64,000 nt of DNA from an uncultured Prevotella sp. (lineage in GTDB: Bacteria > Bacteroidota > Bacteroidia > Bacteroidales > Bacteroidaceae). The stretch spans positions 1,062-65,061 of the forward strand of contig CALFIY010000042.1 in assembly GCA_937877595.1 (NCBI GenBank), read 5' to 3'. Of the stretch, positions 19,832 to 30,076 are shown one piece after another. The notes below the pieces were generated by a model that saw only the letters and a list, made by a program, of their open reading frames with translations, ran no database searches and had not been told where the DNA came from. The number at the start of each line of letters is the position of its first letter. The first letter of the stretch is position 1. Both the position numbers and the translations under genes were made by a program.

Positions 19832-20477
19832 TTACCCCGCCATACCACCGCGCCAGCCGCGCCGCCGCAGGTTTGCACTGCTCTTCTGGCTGAAGATTTT
19901 GGCCATCGTTGTTGCCTTGGTCGTTGCCGTCGTACTCATCACGCGCCTATATCGCGCCGTCAGCAATAGCGAGATAACCATCGGTGCCAGTCAGCAGATA
20001 GACATCACCCCTCAACAGATACAGAGCATCAAGGCCATAGGCCAGTGGGAGTTTCTCACCGTCAGCGACGAAGAACTGATAGACACCGTGCGCAGCGGTT
20101 TCTTCTCCGACGACCGCCTCTCACGCATCTACTACGGCACCATGCGCCTTGGCATCGACATGCATCAGGCAGAACCGGGCTGGATAGTGGCTCGCAGCGA
20201 CAGCCTCTGCGTCAGTCTTCCACCTATACGCCTGCTCGACAGCGACTTTATCGACGAGGCACGCACCAAGAGTTTCTTCCAGAGTGGGCGCTGGACGGCC
20301 ACCGACCGTGAAGCCATGTTCCACCGCGCCCATCGGCGCATGCTCAGTTACGGTCTTACCAGCGACAACATCCTTCTGGCCAGAAAGAATGGCGAGGCAC
20401 AGGTGCGGCAGGTGCTTGGCAGCATGGGCTTCAAGCGTGTTCACATCGAATGGAGGTCAGAAGAGCACAGCCGTTGA
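19824..20477 (+). CDS. DUF4230-family protein with N-terminal membrane anchor
   Basis: Basic N-terminus, one TM helix, IGQWEFL, RIYYGTMRLGID, VSLPPI. Overlaps the upstream paralog by 8 bp. Confidence 0.7.
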   Translation: MDNYPAIPPRQPRRRRFALLFWLKILAIVVALVVAVVLITRLYRAVSNSEITIGASQQIDITPQQIQSIKAIGQWEFLTVSDEELIDTVRSGFFSDDRLSRIYYGTMRLGIDMHQAEPGWIVARSDSLCVSLPPIRLLDSDFIDEARTKSFFQSGRWTATDREAMFHRAHRRMLSYGLTSDNILLARKNGEAQVRQVLGSMGFKRVHIEWRSEEHSR

Positions 20478-21102
20478 CCACTCTGAATCTTACGTTATAC
20501 TTTCCGAACGACATCCCGTACTCGCGCTCATCGTCGTGATAGTGGGGACGCGGGTCGAGGGCCAGCAGTTCGCGCAGCACACTCATTTTCTCTTCCGTTA
20601 GCACATCCTGCAATTCTTCGGGCACGCAGACCGATAGGCGTTTCCACTGGTGTTCGTCGGTAAAACCGCCGCGCGCTCCCTCATGGCAGTCTACATAACT
20701 CAGGTATGGCTTGATGTCATAGACGGGGGTGCCGTCCATCAAGTCGGCACCCTCCACTTCTATGCAGCCCCTCTCTACGTCGACGGCTATCAGCCGCAGC
20801 GACGACAGCCCGAGATTATTTGGGCGGAAGGATGAGCGCGTGGCCCACACCCCCACTCTCTCGTTGCCGCCAAGCAGTGGCGGACGCACAGTGGCATGCT
20901 TTCCGGTATCGACATTCTGCGAAAAGCCCCATATCAGCCACACGTAGTCGTAGCCTTCCAGCCCCCGCAGCGCCTCTGCCGAGCCCCACTGTCCTTCCAG
21001 TTGCACTACTCCGCGCAGCCCTCGCACCAGTCCGCCCTGTCGCGGCACGCCAAACTTTCCCGTCAGCGGTGAGCGGAACACTCCTATCTTTTCTATCTCC
21101 AT
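20431..21102 (-). CDS. tsaA: tRNA (N6-threonylcarbamoyladenosine(37)-N6)-methyltransferase TrmO/TsaA
   Basis: KFGVPRQ, ATVRPP.LGGN.R.GV.ATRS.FRPN, DGTPVYDIKPY, DPRP.Y. Confidence 0.92.
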   Translation of the reverse strand: MEIEKIGVFRSPLTGKFGVPRQGGLVRGLRGVVQLEGQWGSAEALRGLEGYDYVWLIWGFSQNVDTGKHATVRPPLLGGNERVGVWATRSSFRPNNLGLSSLRLIAVDVERGCIEVEGADLMDGTPVYDIKPYLSYVDCHEGARGGFTDEHQWKRLSVCVPEELQDVLTEEKMSVLRELLALDPRPHYHDDEREYGMSFGKYNVRFRVVNGCALLTSIRCEHA

Positions 21103-21205
21103 TGTTCACCTTATTAATATATATAATGTGTGTGATACGCAGCATCCTTCTTCACGCATCACGGCCTTCTCTCCACTCATTTCATTCTTTTTCTGCCATG
21201 ATGTG

Positions 21206-21266
21206 CAAAAATAGGAAAAATTTCCACGCAAAACATTTGCTGTTATGCTTTTTCTCACTACTTTTG
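21206..21266. promoter_or_regulatory. Divergent -7 promoter boxes for tsaA (-, 21206-21213) and menB (+, 21259-21266)
   Basis: TATTTTTG on - strand and TACTTTTG on + strand. Confidence 0.65.
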
Positions 21267-21281
21267 TCAAATTAAGAAGTT

Positions 21282-22103
21282 ATGACACAGAGAGAATGGA
21301 AACCCATCAGAGAATTTAAGGAAATTCTCTTCGAGGAATATAACGGGATAGCCAAGATAACCATCAACCGCCCACGCTATCGCAATGCCTTCACACCGCT
21401 TACCACTCAGGAACTTAGCGAGGCCTTTGCCGTATGCCGCGAACTGCAGCGCATCCGCGTGGTGCTGCTCACCGGCGCCGGCGACAAGGCATTCTGCTCG
21501 GGTGGCGACATGCACGTAAAGGGGCGCGGCGGCTACGTGGACAGCGAGGGCGTTCCGCGGCTGAGCGTACTCGATGTGCAGATGCAGATACGCCGTCTGC
21601 CAAAGCCCGTGATAGCCATGGTAAACGGCTACGCCATAGGCGGCGGCCACGTGCTACATCTCGTCTGCGACCTCACCATTGCCTCGGAAAATGCCATCTT
21701 CGGTCAGACAGGTCCGAAGGTCGGCTCGTTCGATGCAGGTTTCGGATCCTCCTACCTTGCGCGTATCGTCGGACAGAAGAAGGCCCGCGAGATATGGTTC
21801 TTGTGCAGGCAGTATAGCGCTGCTGAGGCCGAGCGCATGGGCATGGTCAACAAGGTAGTGCCGCTGGAGCAGTTGGAAGACGAGTGTGTGGCATGGGCAG
21901 AAGAGATGATGGAGCGCTCGCCCATCGCCCTGCGCATGATAAAGGCCGGCATGAATGCAGAACTTGACGGCCAGGCAGGCATTCAGCAACTTGCCGGCGA
22001 CGCCACAATGCTCTACTATTTTCTTGACGAGGCCCAAGAAGGAGGTCGGGCTTTCCTTGAGAAAAGAAAGCCCGACTTCGGAAAATTCCCACAGGTGCCA
22101 TGA
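21282..22103 (+). CDS. menB: 1,4-dihydroxy-2-naphthoyl-CoA synthase
   Basis: [49 protein letters not shown]. Confidence 0.97.
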   Translation: MTQREWKPIREFKEILFEEYNGIAKITINRPRYRNAFTPLTTQELSEAFAVCRELQRIRVVLLTGAGDKAFCSGGDMHVKGRGGYVDSEGVPRLSVLDVQMQIRRLPKPVIAMVNGYAIGGGHVLHLVCDLTIASENAIFGQTGPKVGSFDAGFGSSYLARIVGQKKAREIWFLCRQYSAAEAERMGMVNKVVPLEQLEDECVAWAEEMMERSPIALRMIKAGMNAELDGQAGIQQLAGDATMLYYFLDEAQEGGRAFLEKRKPDFGKFPQVP

Positions 22104-22116
22104 GGCACCTTTTTTA
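22093..22116 (+). terminator. Intrinsic terminator overlapping the menB stop
   Basis: AGGTGCC-atga-GGCACCT followed by a T run. Confidence 0.7.
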
Positions 22117-22125
22117 TTTTTTTGA

Positions 22126-23502
22126 TTAGTTGCTCTTTTCGGCAGCCATCTTCTGGAACTCGTCAAGCGAGATAGTCTTCTCGTCGAGTTTCACAACGGT
22201 CTTCAGCGCGTTCTTCAGTTTCACGTCGATGGCGCGGTCAACGAGGCGGTCGGTCTGTTCCTGCTTCTTGAGCATTTCCTTGGCATAGTTCTCAACGTAC
22301 TCCTCCGGCAGGTTTGTCATGCCATACTGTGCAAACTGCGCACGGGCAAACTCCTTGGCAGCCTCTTCGATGTCGCTGTCGCCAACAGTGATGTTGTTGG
22401 CAGCAACGAGTTGCTCCTTGATGAGATGCCACTGGAGTTCCTTGATGCTTGCCTGGAAATTGTCGTCTACAAACTTCTCGACATCCTTGCGCTCCTTGTT
22501 GTTCTGTATCATAACACGGCGCAGTATGGCCTCGGGGAATTCCAGTTTGCCAATCTTCTTCTCCATGTGCTGGCGCACGTCGAGCAGGAACATATAGTCG
22601 CTGTCGGTCTCAAACTGCTTTGACAACTGCTGGGCTATCTTCTCGCGGAATTCCTTCTCGTCCTTAACCGTACCCTCTCCAAACACCTGACTGAAGAGTT
22701 CCTGGTTGATTTCGGCAGCCACATAGCGCGAAATTTCCGTCACCTGGAATGTGAAGTCGCCCTCGTGGTCTTTCACGGCGTCCTTCTCCACGCGCAGTAT
22801 GCCAGCCACCTCAGCGTCGTTGTCCGGATAGGCTTTGCGCGGATTCCACGTGATGATGTCGCCCAACTTTGCGCCGTCGAAGAGTTTCTTCTGGTCGTCG
22901 ACAGAGATATACTGAGGCATCACAGCCACGTTCTCTATCTCTATGCCACCCTCCTTGGCGTTGCCGTCGGCATCCAGTTCGCGCAGGTCGCCGCGCAGCA
23001 CGTCGCGCTTCTCGCTGTCGTACTCCTCAACTTTCTCGTTGTGGCCTGCACGCTGAGCGTATGCCTGCACCTGCTGGTCGATCATCTTGTCGTCGACGCC
23101 AATAGTGTAGTAAGGCACCTTGTCCTTGCCGGAGAGTTGAGCCTTGAACTCAGGAGCCACGGCGATGTCAAACTTGAACTCCAGGGGAGCGTCGCCCTCG
23201 AAGTCGAGCGGCTTCTGTGTATCGCTGGGCAATGGTTCGCCAAGCATCTGTATCTTATTCTCGCGCACGTAGCCGTATAGTTTCTCGCCCAGCAACTTGT
23301 TGACAACGTCAACCTTCACTGCCGTGCCGTACTGGCGCTTGATCATCCCCATTGGAGCCTGTCCGGGGCGGAAGCCTGGCACCTGCGCACGCTTGCGATA
23401 GTCTTTCAGCGTCTTGTCTACTTCGGTCTGATAGTCGGCATTCTCGATGGTGATGGTCATCAGGCCGTTCACCTTATCGGTAGCATCGAATTGGATATTC
23501 AT
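22126..23502 (-). CDS. tig: Trigger factor
   Basis: Ribosome-binding signature VPGFRPG, Bacteroidales-type length (458 aa). -7 box TAATTTTG at 23551-23558. Confidence 0.93.
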   Translation of the reverse strand: MNIQFDATDKVNGLMTITIENADYQTEVDKTLKDYRKRAQVPGFRPGQAPMGMIKRQYGTAVKVDVVNKLLGEKLYGYVRENKIQMLGEPLPSDTQKPLDFEGDAPLEFKFDIAVAPEFKAQLSGKDKVPYYTIGVDDKMIDQQVQAYAQRAGHNEKVEEYDSEKRDVLRGDLRELDADGNAKEGGIEIENVAVMPQYISVDDQKKLFDGAKLGDIITWNPRKAYPDNDAEVAGILRVEKDAVKDHEGDFTFQVTEISRYVAAEINQELFSQVFGEGTVKDEKEFREKIAQQLSKQFETDSDYMFLLDVRQHMEKKIGKLEFPEAILRRVMIQNNKERKDVEKFVDDNFQASIKELQWHLIKEQLVAANNITVGDSDIEEAAKEFARAQFAQYGMTNLPEEYVENYAKEMLKKQEQTDRLVDRAIDVKLKNALKTVVKLDEKTISLDEFQKMAAEKSN

Positions 23503-23672
23503 TTCTCTTATCTGATTTTATTATAAATAATTACGTCGGTTTTGAGCGTGCAAAATTACTTATTATTGGTAAAAAAGCAAAATAAAAACCACTTTTTCTC
23601 CAATCCGCAAGCCTTTTTCTTGCACCTGTCATTGAATTTGTCTATTTTTGCAGGCTGTAAAGACTTTACCAC

Positions 23673-24494
23673 ATGGACGAACAGACACTTCCCTCCGCTG
23701 GCGAGCAGCAGTTTGTGCTTCGCGCGGAACACCTTGTGAAAGTTTACGGCAAGCGCACCGTTGTCAACGATGTCAGTTTCGACGTGAAGCAGGGCGAGAT
23801 AGTCGGCCTGCTCGGTCCCAACGGTGCTGGCAAGACCACCTCATTCTATATGACTACCGGACTGGTAGTTCCCAACGGCGGCCACATCTATCTTGGCGAT
23901 GAGGACGTCACCACCTATCCCGTATATAAGCGTGCGCGCGCAGGAATAGGCTATCTGGCTCAGGAAGCCTCCGTATTCCGAAAGATGACGGTCGAGGACA
24001 ATATCCTGTCGGTGCTTGAAATGACCGGCAAACCGCGCGACTATCAGTTGGAAAAACTGGAGAGCCTGATAAAAGAGTTTCGCCTTGGCAAGGTGCGCCG
24101 CAATACCGGCGACCGTCTGAGTGGTGGCGAGCGCCGCCGCACTGAAATAGCCCGCTGTCTGGCCATCGAGCCAAAGTTTATAATGCTTGACGAACCCTTC
24201 GCCGGTGTAGACCCGATCGCCGTAGAAGATATTCAGCAGATAGTATGGCAGTTGAAGTATCGCAACATCGGCATCCTCATCACCGACCACAACGTTCACG
24301 AGACGCTCAACATCACCGACCGCGCCTATCTTCTCTTTGAAGGCCGCATTCTCTTCCAGGGCAGTCCCGACGAGTTGTCAGTCAATCCCGTGGTGAAAGA
24401 GAAATACCTGGGTACGAACTTCGTGCTTCAGAAGAAAGACTTCCAGACGATGGTGGAAGAGAAGCGTCGGAAGGAAGAAGCCGAAGAGGCTTAA
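23673..24494 (+). CDS. lptB: LPS export ABC transporter ATP-binding protein
   Basis: [58 protein letters not shown]. -7 box at 23643-23650. Confidence 0.95.
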   Translation: MDEQTLPSAGEQQFVLRAEHLVKVYGKRTVVNDVSFDVKQGEIVGLLGPNGAGKTTSFYMTTGLVVPNGGHIYLGDEDVTTYPVYKRARAGIGYLAQEASVFRKMTVEDNILSVLEMTGKPRDYQLEKLESLIKEFRLGKVRRNTGDRLSGGERRRTEIARCLAIEPKFIMLDEPFAGVDPIAVEDIQQIVWQLKYRNIGILITDHNVHETLNITDRAYLLFEGRILFQGSPDELSVNPVVKEKYLGTNFVLQKKDFQTMVEEKRRKEEAEEA

Positions 24495-24512
24495 CTCCAC
24501 CCTCCCCTTATC

Positions 24513-25991
24513 ATGCATTTCAATTTGTCACATTTCCTGTCGGCCCGTCGCTGGACATCAACAGTCATTTTTCACGCTGTACTGCTGCTGTGCATTGTTT
24601 CATTGCAGCCATTAGCAGCACAGCCGAAGCACGAGGTGCGTGCAGTGTGGCTGACAACATACGGCGGCATCGACTGGCCCCGGACATATGCGCAGAGCGA
24701 AGCCTCGGCAGAGCGCCAGCGCGAGGAACTGCGCCATACGCTCGACCAACTGCAGCGCGCCAACATCAATACCGTACTTTTTCAGACCCGCATACGTGGC
24801 ACAGTGGTCTATCCGTCGCAGATAGAACCTTGGGACGCTGCTATGACGGGGCACGCAGGCCGTTCGCCGGGCTACGACCCGTTGCTTTTCGCCATTGAGG
24901 AGTGCCACCGCCGCGGCATGGAACTGCATGCCTGGCTCGTTGCCATTCCCATGGGGAAATGGGACGGTGCCGGCTGTAGGAACATGCGCCGCACGCATCC
25001 CCAACTGCTTCGCCGACTTGGTGCCGACGCTGCCCTCAATCCCGAAAACTCTGCCACGGCAGGCTACATAGCAAGCCTGTGCGAGGAGATAACGCGCCGC
25101 TACGATGTAGACGGCATACATCTCGACTACATACGCTATCCCGACACGTGGAACATCAGTGTATCACGCCAACAAGGCCGCCAGAACATAACGCGCATCG
25201 TCAGCGAAGTGAGACGCCGCGTGAAGGCTCTGAAACCATGGGTCAAACTGACCTGCTCGCCCATCGGCAAGCACGACGACATGGGCCGCTACAGCAGCGG
25301 CGGCTGGAATGCCTACCAGCGCGTATGTCAGGATGCGCAGGGCTGGCTACGCGACGGGCTGATGGACGGTCTCTTCCCTATGATGTACTTCGACGGCCGC
25401 CACTTCTACCCCTTTGTGGCCGACTGGAGCGAATGTAGTTACGGGCGCCCCATTGCCGCCGGACTGGGCACTTACCGTCTGGCACGCAGCGAGGGCGACT
25501 GGAGCCTGTCGACCATAGAGCGACAGATGAACGTTGCGCGCCAACACGGGCTGGGCATATGCCACTTCCGCAGCCGTTTCCTTACCGACGACACAAAGGG
25601 TGTCTATCAGTTTACACTGCTTTTCAACCACCAGCGTGCCCTCGTGCCGCCAATGACATGGGCCGGCACCGAAGCACCGACGCCCCCCACCCTGCTCAGC
25701 GTAGCACGCACTCCGTCAGGCAACACTCTGACATGGAGCGGAGCCACCGACCGCAGCGACGGCGACTATCTGACATACAACATCTATGCCTCGCCATCGC
25801 TCCCTGTAGATACCGGCGACGCCAGTCTGCTCGCGGCGCAGCGCGTCGGAGCACAGACGATATCGCTTCAACCATCGGCCACGCTCCACTATGCCGTGAC
25901 CGCCGTCAGCCGCTATGGTCTGGAGAGCGGCGGATGTCAGGAGCAAACCAGCAACCAAACCAACTACGTCCTGCCGTCATGGAGAAAATAA
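24513..25991 (+). CDS. Glycoside hydrolase-like family 10 (GHL10/DUF187) protein with C-terminal Fn3-like domain
   Basis: EVRAVWLTT..GIDWP, YDPL.FAIEECHRRGMELHAW, YDVDGIHLDYIRYP; signal peptide. Confidence 0.85.
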   Translation: MHFNLSHFLSARRWTSTVIFHAVLLLCIVSLQPLAAQPKHEVRAVWLTTYGGIDWPRTYAQSEASAERQREELRHTLDQLQRANINTVLFQTRIRGTVVYPSQIEPWDAAMTGHAGRSPGYDPLLFAIEECHRRGMELHAWLVAIPMGKWDGAGCRNMRRTHPQLLRRLGADAALNPENSATAGYIASLCEEITRRYDVDGIHLDYIRYPDTWNISVSRQQGRQNITRIVSEVRRRVKALKPWVKLTCSPIGKHDDMGRYSSGGWNAYQRVCQDAQGWLRDGLMDGLFPMMYFDGRHFYPFVADWSECSYGRPIAAGLGTYRLARSEGDWSLSTIERQMNVARQHGLGICHFRSRFLTDDTKGVYQFTLLFNHQRALVPPMTWAGTEAPTPPTLLSVARTPSGNTLTWSGATDRSDGDYLTYNIYASPSLPVDTGDASLLAAQRVGAQTISLQPSATLHYAVTAVSRYGLESGGCQEQTSNQTNYVLPSWRK

Positions 25992-26533
25992 TACTGGGCA
26001 TCGACCCGGGCACAAACATCATGGGCTACGGTGTACTGAAGGTAACCGACGGGCGCGCAGAGATGGTGACGATGGGAGTAATCGACCTGCGAAACTTCGG
26101 CGACGGCTATCTGAAACTGGGGCACATCTTCGAGCGCGTGACGGGCATCATAGACTCCTATCTGCCCGACGAGATGGCCATCGAGGCACCTTTCTTCGGA
26201 AAGAACGTACAGTCGATGCTCAAACTGGGACGCGCACAGGGCACTGCCATTGCTGCCGCCATCCACCACGGAGTGCCCATTCACGAATATGCACCGATGA
26301 AAATCAAGATGGCCATCACCGGCAACGGCAACGCGTCGAAGGAGCAGGTGGCTGCCATGCTGCAGCGGCTGCTGAAGTTCGACAAGGATGCCTTGACGAA
26401 ATTCATGGATGCCACCGACGCGCTGGGCGCTGCCTACTGCCACTACATGCAAATGAACCGCCCTGCCTCGCAAGTCAACTACCACGGATGGAAAGACTTT
26501 GTCAGCAAAAACCGCGAGCGCGTGAAGTCATAG
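25979..26533 (+). CDS. ruvC: Holliday junction resolvase
   Basis: ILGIDPG, AIEAPFFGKNVQSMLKLGRAQG, DATDAL. Start at ATG 25979. Confidence 0.95.
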   Translation: MEKIILGIDPGTNIMGYGVLKVTDGRAEMVTMGVIDLRNFGDGYLKLGHIFERVTGIIDSYLPDEMAIEAPFFGKNVQSMLKLGRAQGTAIAAAIHHGVPIHEYAPMKIKMAITGNGNASKEQVAAMLQRLLKFDKDALTKFMDATDALGAAYCHYMQMNRPASQVNYHGWKDFVSKNRERVKS

Positions 26534-26548
26534 ACACAGTATAACAAG

Positions 26549-27892
26549 ATGGGGAAAATCACAGCCATTGTAGGCCGCAACGCCAGCGGCAAGACACAAT
26601 ACGTGGAGCGCATGCGCCGTCAGATAGCCTCCGACAGCGTGCGCTATATCGCCTTTCGCGACTCCTACGGCGCCTCTGTCGACGGTGCCTACTACCTGCA
26701 ACTTCGCTGGAACCAGCACGACATCGACCACGAGACGCCCACGGTGGGCGAACTGCTCGACCATGCCTACCAACTGCAGGGTTCCGACAGCGAGGAACGC
26801 CGAGGTTTGCGCCAGAAACTCTATAGCCTTTTCCATATAGAGCCGTTGCTCGACAAATACATCATCTCGCTCTCCAGCGGAGAGTTGCGCAAGTTCCAAC
26901 TCACACGCACGCTCTTCTCGCAGCCCCGTCTGCTGATAATGGACAATCCCTTCGTAGGGCTCGACAGCGACACGCGCGCCCAACTGCGCGAACTGCTGCA
27001 GGCGCTGGTGGCCGAGAACAATTTGGACATCATTCTCGTAGTATCTAAAACCGACGACCTGCCGCCATTCCTCGACAGCGTGACGGAGATGGTCGACGGC
27101 GAACCGCTGCAGCCTTGCTCGGTGAGCGAATTTGCGAGCAGGCAGGAGCCTGTAGCCCCCCACGTGCTGAGCGAAGAGCGCCGGCAGAGACTACTGCAGT
27201 TGCCACGTCACACCGACGACTACAACAGCAGTGAGGTGGTGAGCATGAGAAATGTAAGCATACGCTACGGCAGCCGCAACATTCTGCGCGACATCAACTG
27301 GACCGTCAAGAGCGGCGAGCACTGGGCCATCTCCGGCCAGAACGGCGCCGGCAAGTCAACACTGCTGTCGCTCGTCTGTGCCGACAATCCACAGAGTTAT
27401 GCCTGCGACATTGCCCTCTTCGGACAGCAGCGCGGCAGCGGCGAGACGATTTGGGACATCAAGCGTCACATAGGCTACGTGTCGCCGGAGATGCACCGCT
27501 CCTACCAGCACAACATGCCGGCAGAAAACGTGGTGGCAAGCGGACTGAAAGACACGGTGGGGCTCTACGTCCGCGCCAACAGCGAAGAGCGCGAGCAGTG
27601 CCGCTGGTGGATGGATATCTTCGGCATTGCCCATCTGGCCGAGCGCCCCTACCTGCAACTCTCCAGCGGCGAACAGCGGCTGGTGCTGCTGGCCCGCGCC
27701 TTCGTGAAAGACCCGCAACTGCTCATCCTCGACGAGCCGCTGCACGGTCTCGACCCATGGAACAGGCGTATGGTGAAAGACATTATTGAGACCTTCTGCC
27801 AGCGCGCAGGCAAGACGATGATGATGGTGACTCACTATGCCGACGAACTTCCCGACAACATTACAAACTCTTTATATCTGACACGACAATGA
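26549..27892 (+). CDS. ModF-like ABC ATP-binding protein with two nucleotide-binding domains
   Basis: Two Walker A motifs (GRNASGKT, GQNGAGKS), LSSGE signatures, GSGETIWDIKRHIGYVSPE. Confidence 0.85.
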   Translation: MGKITAIVGRNASGKTQYVERMRRQIASDSVRYIAFRDSYGASVDGAYYLQLRWNQHDIDHETPTVGELLDHAYQLQGSDSEERRGLRQKLYSLFHIEPLLDKYIISLSSGELRKFQLTRTLFSQPRLLIMDNPFVGLDSDTRAQLRELLQALVAENNLDIILVVSKTDDLPPFLDSVTEMVDGEPLQPCSVSEFASRQEPVAPHVLSEERRQRLLQLPRHTDDYNSSEVVSMRNVSIRYGSRNILRDINWTVKSGEHWAISGQNGAGKSTLLSLVCADNPQSYACDIALFGQQRGSGETIWDIKRHIGYVSPEMHRSYQHNMPAENVVASGLKDTVGLYVRANSEEREQCRWWMDIFGIAHLAERPYLQLSSGEQRLVLLARAFVKDPQLLILDEPLHGLDPWNRRMVKDIIETFCQRAGKTMMMVTHYADELPDNITNSLYLTRQ

Positions 27893-28377
27893 AAAAACTA
27901 CTCTTTCTGATAGCCATGACGGCCATGACAACGGCCACGGCACAAGCACAAGAGGTGTACAACTACCTGCGCGGAAGCGTGCAGAACACCATCAGCGACC
28001 CAAAGTCGACCGATGCAGCACGCCAGGTGGCCCAGTTCAAACTCGACGCCCTGAACTACATGGCCATGAAAATGCAGGAACAGATGCCCGACTCCAGCAT
28101 AGCCATGCTCGACCGTCAGGCCTACGCGCTCAATCTCTTTGTGAGTTACTACATGAAGCAGATGGTGGAAATGAGCAAGCAGCCTGACGTGCTGCAAATG
28201 AAAATGACCAGGAAATTCATGGACGCCAGTTACTGTCATCCGCTATTCAACGACCGCGACAAGGAACTGGTGCTCAGTTACTTCAACAACAGCAAGATGC
28301 TGACCCGCTTCTCGCTCGACACCAACTGGGAGGCCGCCCTCGCCGTGATTTACCGCGAGGTGAATGGTGAAGAATAG
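27889..28377 (+). CDS. Hypothetical exported protein
   Basis: Signal peptide MKKLL..AQA-Q. ATGA overlap with the upstream gene. Confidence 0.75.
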   Translation: MKKLLFLIAMTAMTTATAQAQEVYNYLRGSVQNTISDPKSTDAARQVAQFKLDALNYMAMKMQEQMPDSSIAMLDRQAYALNLFVSYYMKQMVEMSKQPDVLQMKMTRKFMDASYCHPLFNDRDKELVLSYFNNSKMLTRFSLDTNWEAALAVIYREVNGEE

Positions 28378-28419
28378 GGGTGAGAAGTATGAGATAAGGG
28401 GTGAGAGGTATGAGGTGAG
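28376..28419. repeat. Purine-rich tandem repeat (2 x 21 bp, heptamer substructure) between convergent genes
   Basis: AGGGGTGAGAAGTATGAGATA / AGGGGTGAGAGGTATGAGGTG. Confidence 0.7.
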
Positions 28420-28426
28420 TTATAAA

Positions 28427-29161
28427 TTACCACTCATCAACGAAGCGCATCTCGCGAAGGATGCGCTTCTGTCGTTTCAGCACGTAGGGAGACGGACTGG
28501 CAGAACTGAAACGGCGCGGATTGGGCAGCGTGACGGCTATCAATGCACTTTCCTCACGTGTTAGTTCGCTGGCGCGCTTGTGGAAGTGCCACTCCGCCAC
28601 AGCCGAAGCGCCATAGATGCCGTCGCCCATTTCTATGCTGTTGAGATAGACTTCCATGATGCGCTGCTTAGACCAGGTGAGTTCTATAAGCCACGTGAAA
28701 TAGACCTCAAGGCCCTTGCGCAGCCACGACCGGCCGGGCCAGAGGAACACGTTCTTTGCCGTCTGCTGCGATATGGTGGATGCGCCTATCTTGCGGCGCT
28801 CGGGATGTTTCAGATTGCGCACGGCCGCATATTCTATGGCCTTGTAGTCGAAGCCGTGGTGCTTCATAAAGTGGGCGTCCTCACTGGCTATCACTGCCTG
28901 CGGCAGCGTGGGGGCTATCTCCTCTATAGGCACCCAGCGATGGCGCAGCACCATCGGGCGCCCGTCGGCATGCTGCTCGGCCATGCGTATGAACATGAGC
29001 GGCGTGAACAGCACAGGAACCCAGCGCAGCACTACGACAGAAAGAATAGTGGAGGCAAAAAATGCCACCACTATTCCTATTAATATCCGTCGCACTTGCC
29101 GGCGCAGACGCGCCATGCGCGATGAGCCGTCGCTGTTTTTGTTGCGTTTAACCTTAGCCAC
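28427..29161 (-). CDS. mtgA: Monofunctional peptidoglycan transglycosylase
   Basis: GT51 motifs ASED.HF..HHGFD, GASTISQQTAKNVFLW, RKGLE, EVYLN. Confidence 0.95.
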   Translation of the reverse strand: MAKVKRNKNSDGSSRMARLRRQVRRILIGIVVAFFASTILSVVVLRWVPVLFTPLMFIRMAEQHADGRPMVLRHRWVPIEEIAPTLPQAVIASEDAHFMKHHGFDYKAIEYAAVRNLKHPERRKIGASTISQQTAKNVFLWPGRSWLRKGLEVYFTWLIELTWSKQRIMEVYLNSIEMGDGIYGASAVAEWHFHKRASELTREESALIAVTLPNPRRFSSASPSPYVLKRQKRILREMRFVDEW

Positions 29162-29165
29162 AGGA

Positions 29166-29837
29166 TTACTGCAGAGTGCCCTGTTCTGCCTTCTGTATCA
29201 TCTCCTTCGAAGCGTACATGTAGATTTCCACACGACGGTTCTGCTTGCGGCCAGCCTCGGTAGAGTTGTCGGCAACAGGATTGGTAGAGCCCTGTCCCTC
29301 AACGCTCTTGATCTGAGTAGCCCTTACGCCGCACGACTTGAGATAAGCCTCCACGCTGTTGGCACGATTGACCGACAGGGGCTGGTTGATGGCATCACTG
29401 CCGGTGCTGTCGGTATGACCTATGATGGCCACGTCGCAGTCGTTGTTGGTATTGAGCACACGGGCAAACTCTGCCAGAGAGTTCTTGGCTGTGGTGCTGA
29501 GGTCGTACTTGTTGGTAGCAAAGAGGATACCGCTGTCGAAAGTTACCTTGACAGCATCCAGACCATTGGCGTCCTGCACCTCTTGAACCTGTGCGTTCTT
29601 GACGGCCTCGGCCTGAGCCTTCACCTTGTCCATCTTCTTGCCGATGAGCACGCCGGCACCTGCACCGACAGCCGTGCCTACAGCAGCACCTACGGCAGTA
29701 TTGCCTGCCAACTTACCAACGATGGCACCCAGCACAGCACCGCCACCGGCACCGATTGCTGCACCCTTCTGAGTGTTGTTGCATCCTGCCACGAGCATGC
29801 CGAAGCAGAGAGCCAGAGAAATTGCTTTAATCTTCAT
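29166..29837 (-). CDS. OmpA-family lipoprotein with glycine zipper
   Basis: Lipobox VAG-C, GAAIGAGGGA zipper, GHTDSTG, LS..RA..V, NRRVEI. -7 box at 29890-29897. Confidence 0.93.
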   Translation of the reverse strand: MKIKAISLALCFGMLVAGCNNTQKGAAIGAGGGAVLGAIVGKLAGNTAVGAAVGTAVGAGAGVLIGKKMDKVKAQAEAVKNAQVQEVQDANGLDAVKVTFDSGILFATNKYDLSTTAKNSLAEFARVLNTNNDCDVAIIGHTDSTGSDAINQPLSVNRANSVEAYLKSCGVRATQIKSVEGQGSTNPVADNSTEAGRKQNRRVEIYMYASKEMIQKAEQGTLQ

Positions 29838-29972
29838 TGTCTGTTGAGTTATAAATAATAGAAAATGATGTCGCTATGAAATTTTCGCGCAAAGATAGCA
29901 TATATTTTCAAACATCGGATAGGATATGAAAACTATTACGAAAATTTAATAAAAACGGGGGTAAAAAAAACA

Positions 29973-30065
29973 GCTGTTTTAATTTTTAAAACTACTGTTT
30001 TTATTTTCGTAAACACTGTTTTTATTTTTAAAAACACTGCTTTAAATTTTGCCAGCACTGCTTTT
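29973..30065. repeat. Tandem array of about 4.5 units of the 21-bp repeat (copy B)
   Basis: GCTGTTTTAATTTTTAAAACT / ACTGTTTTTATTTTCGTAAAC / ACTGTTTTTATTTTTAAAAAC / ACTGCTTTAAATTTTGCCAGC / ACTGCTTTT. Confidence 0.85.
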
Positions 30066-30076
30066 TGAAATTTCCG

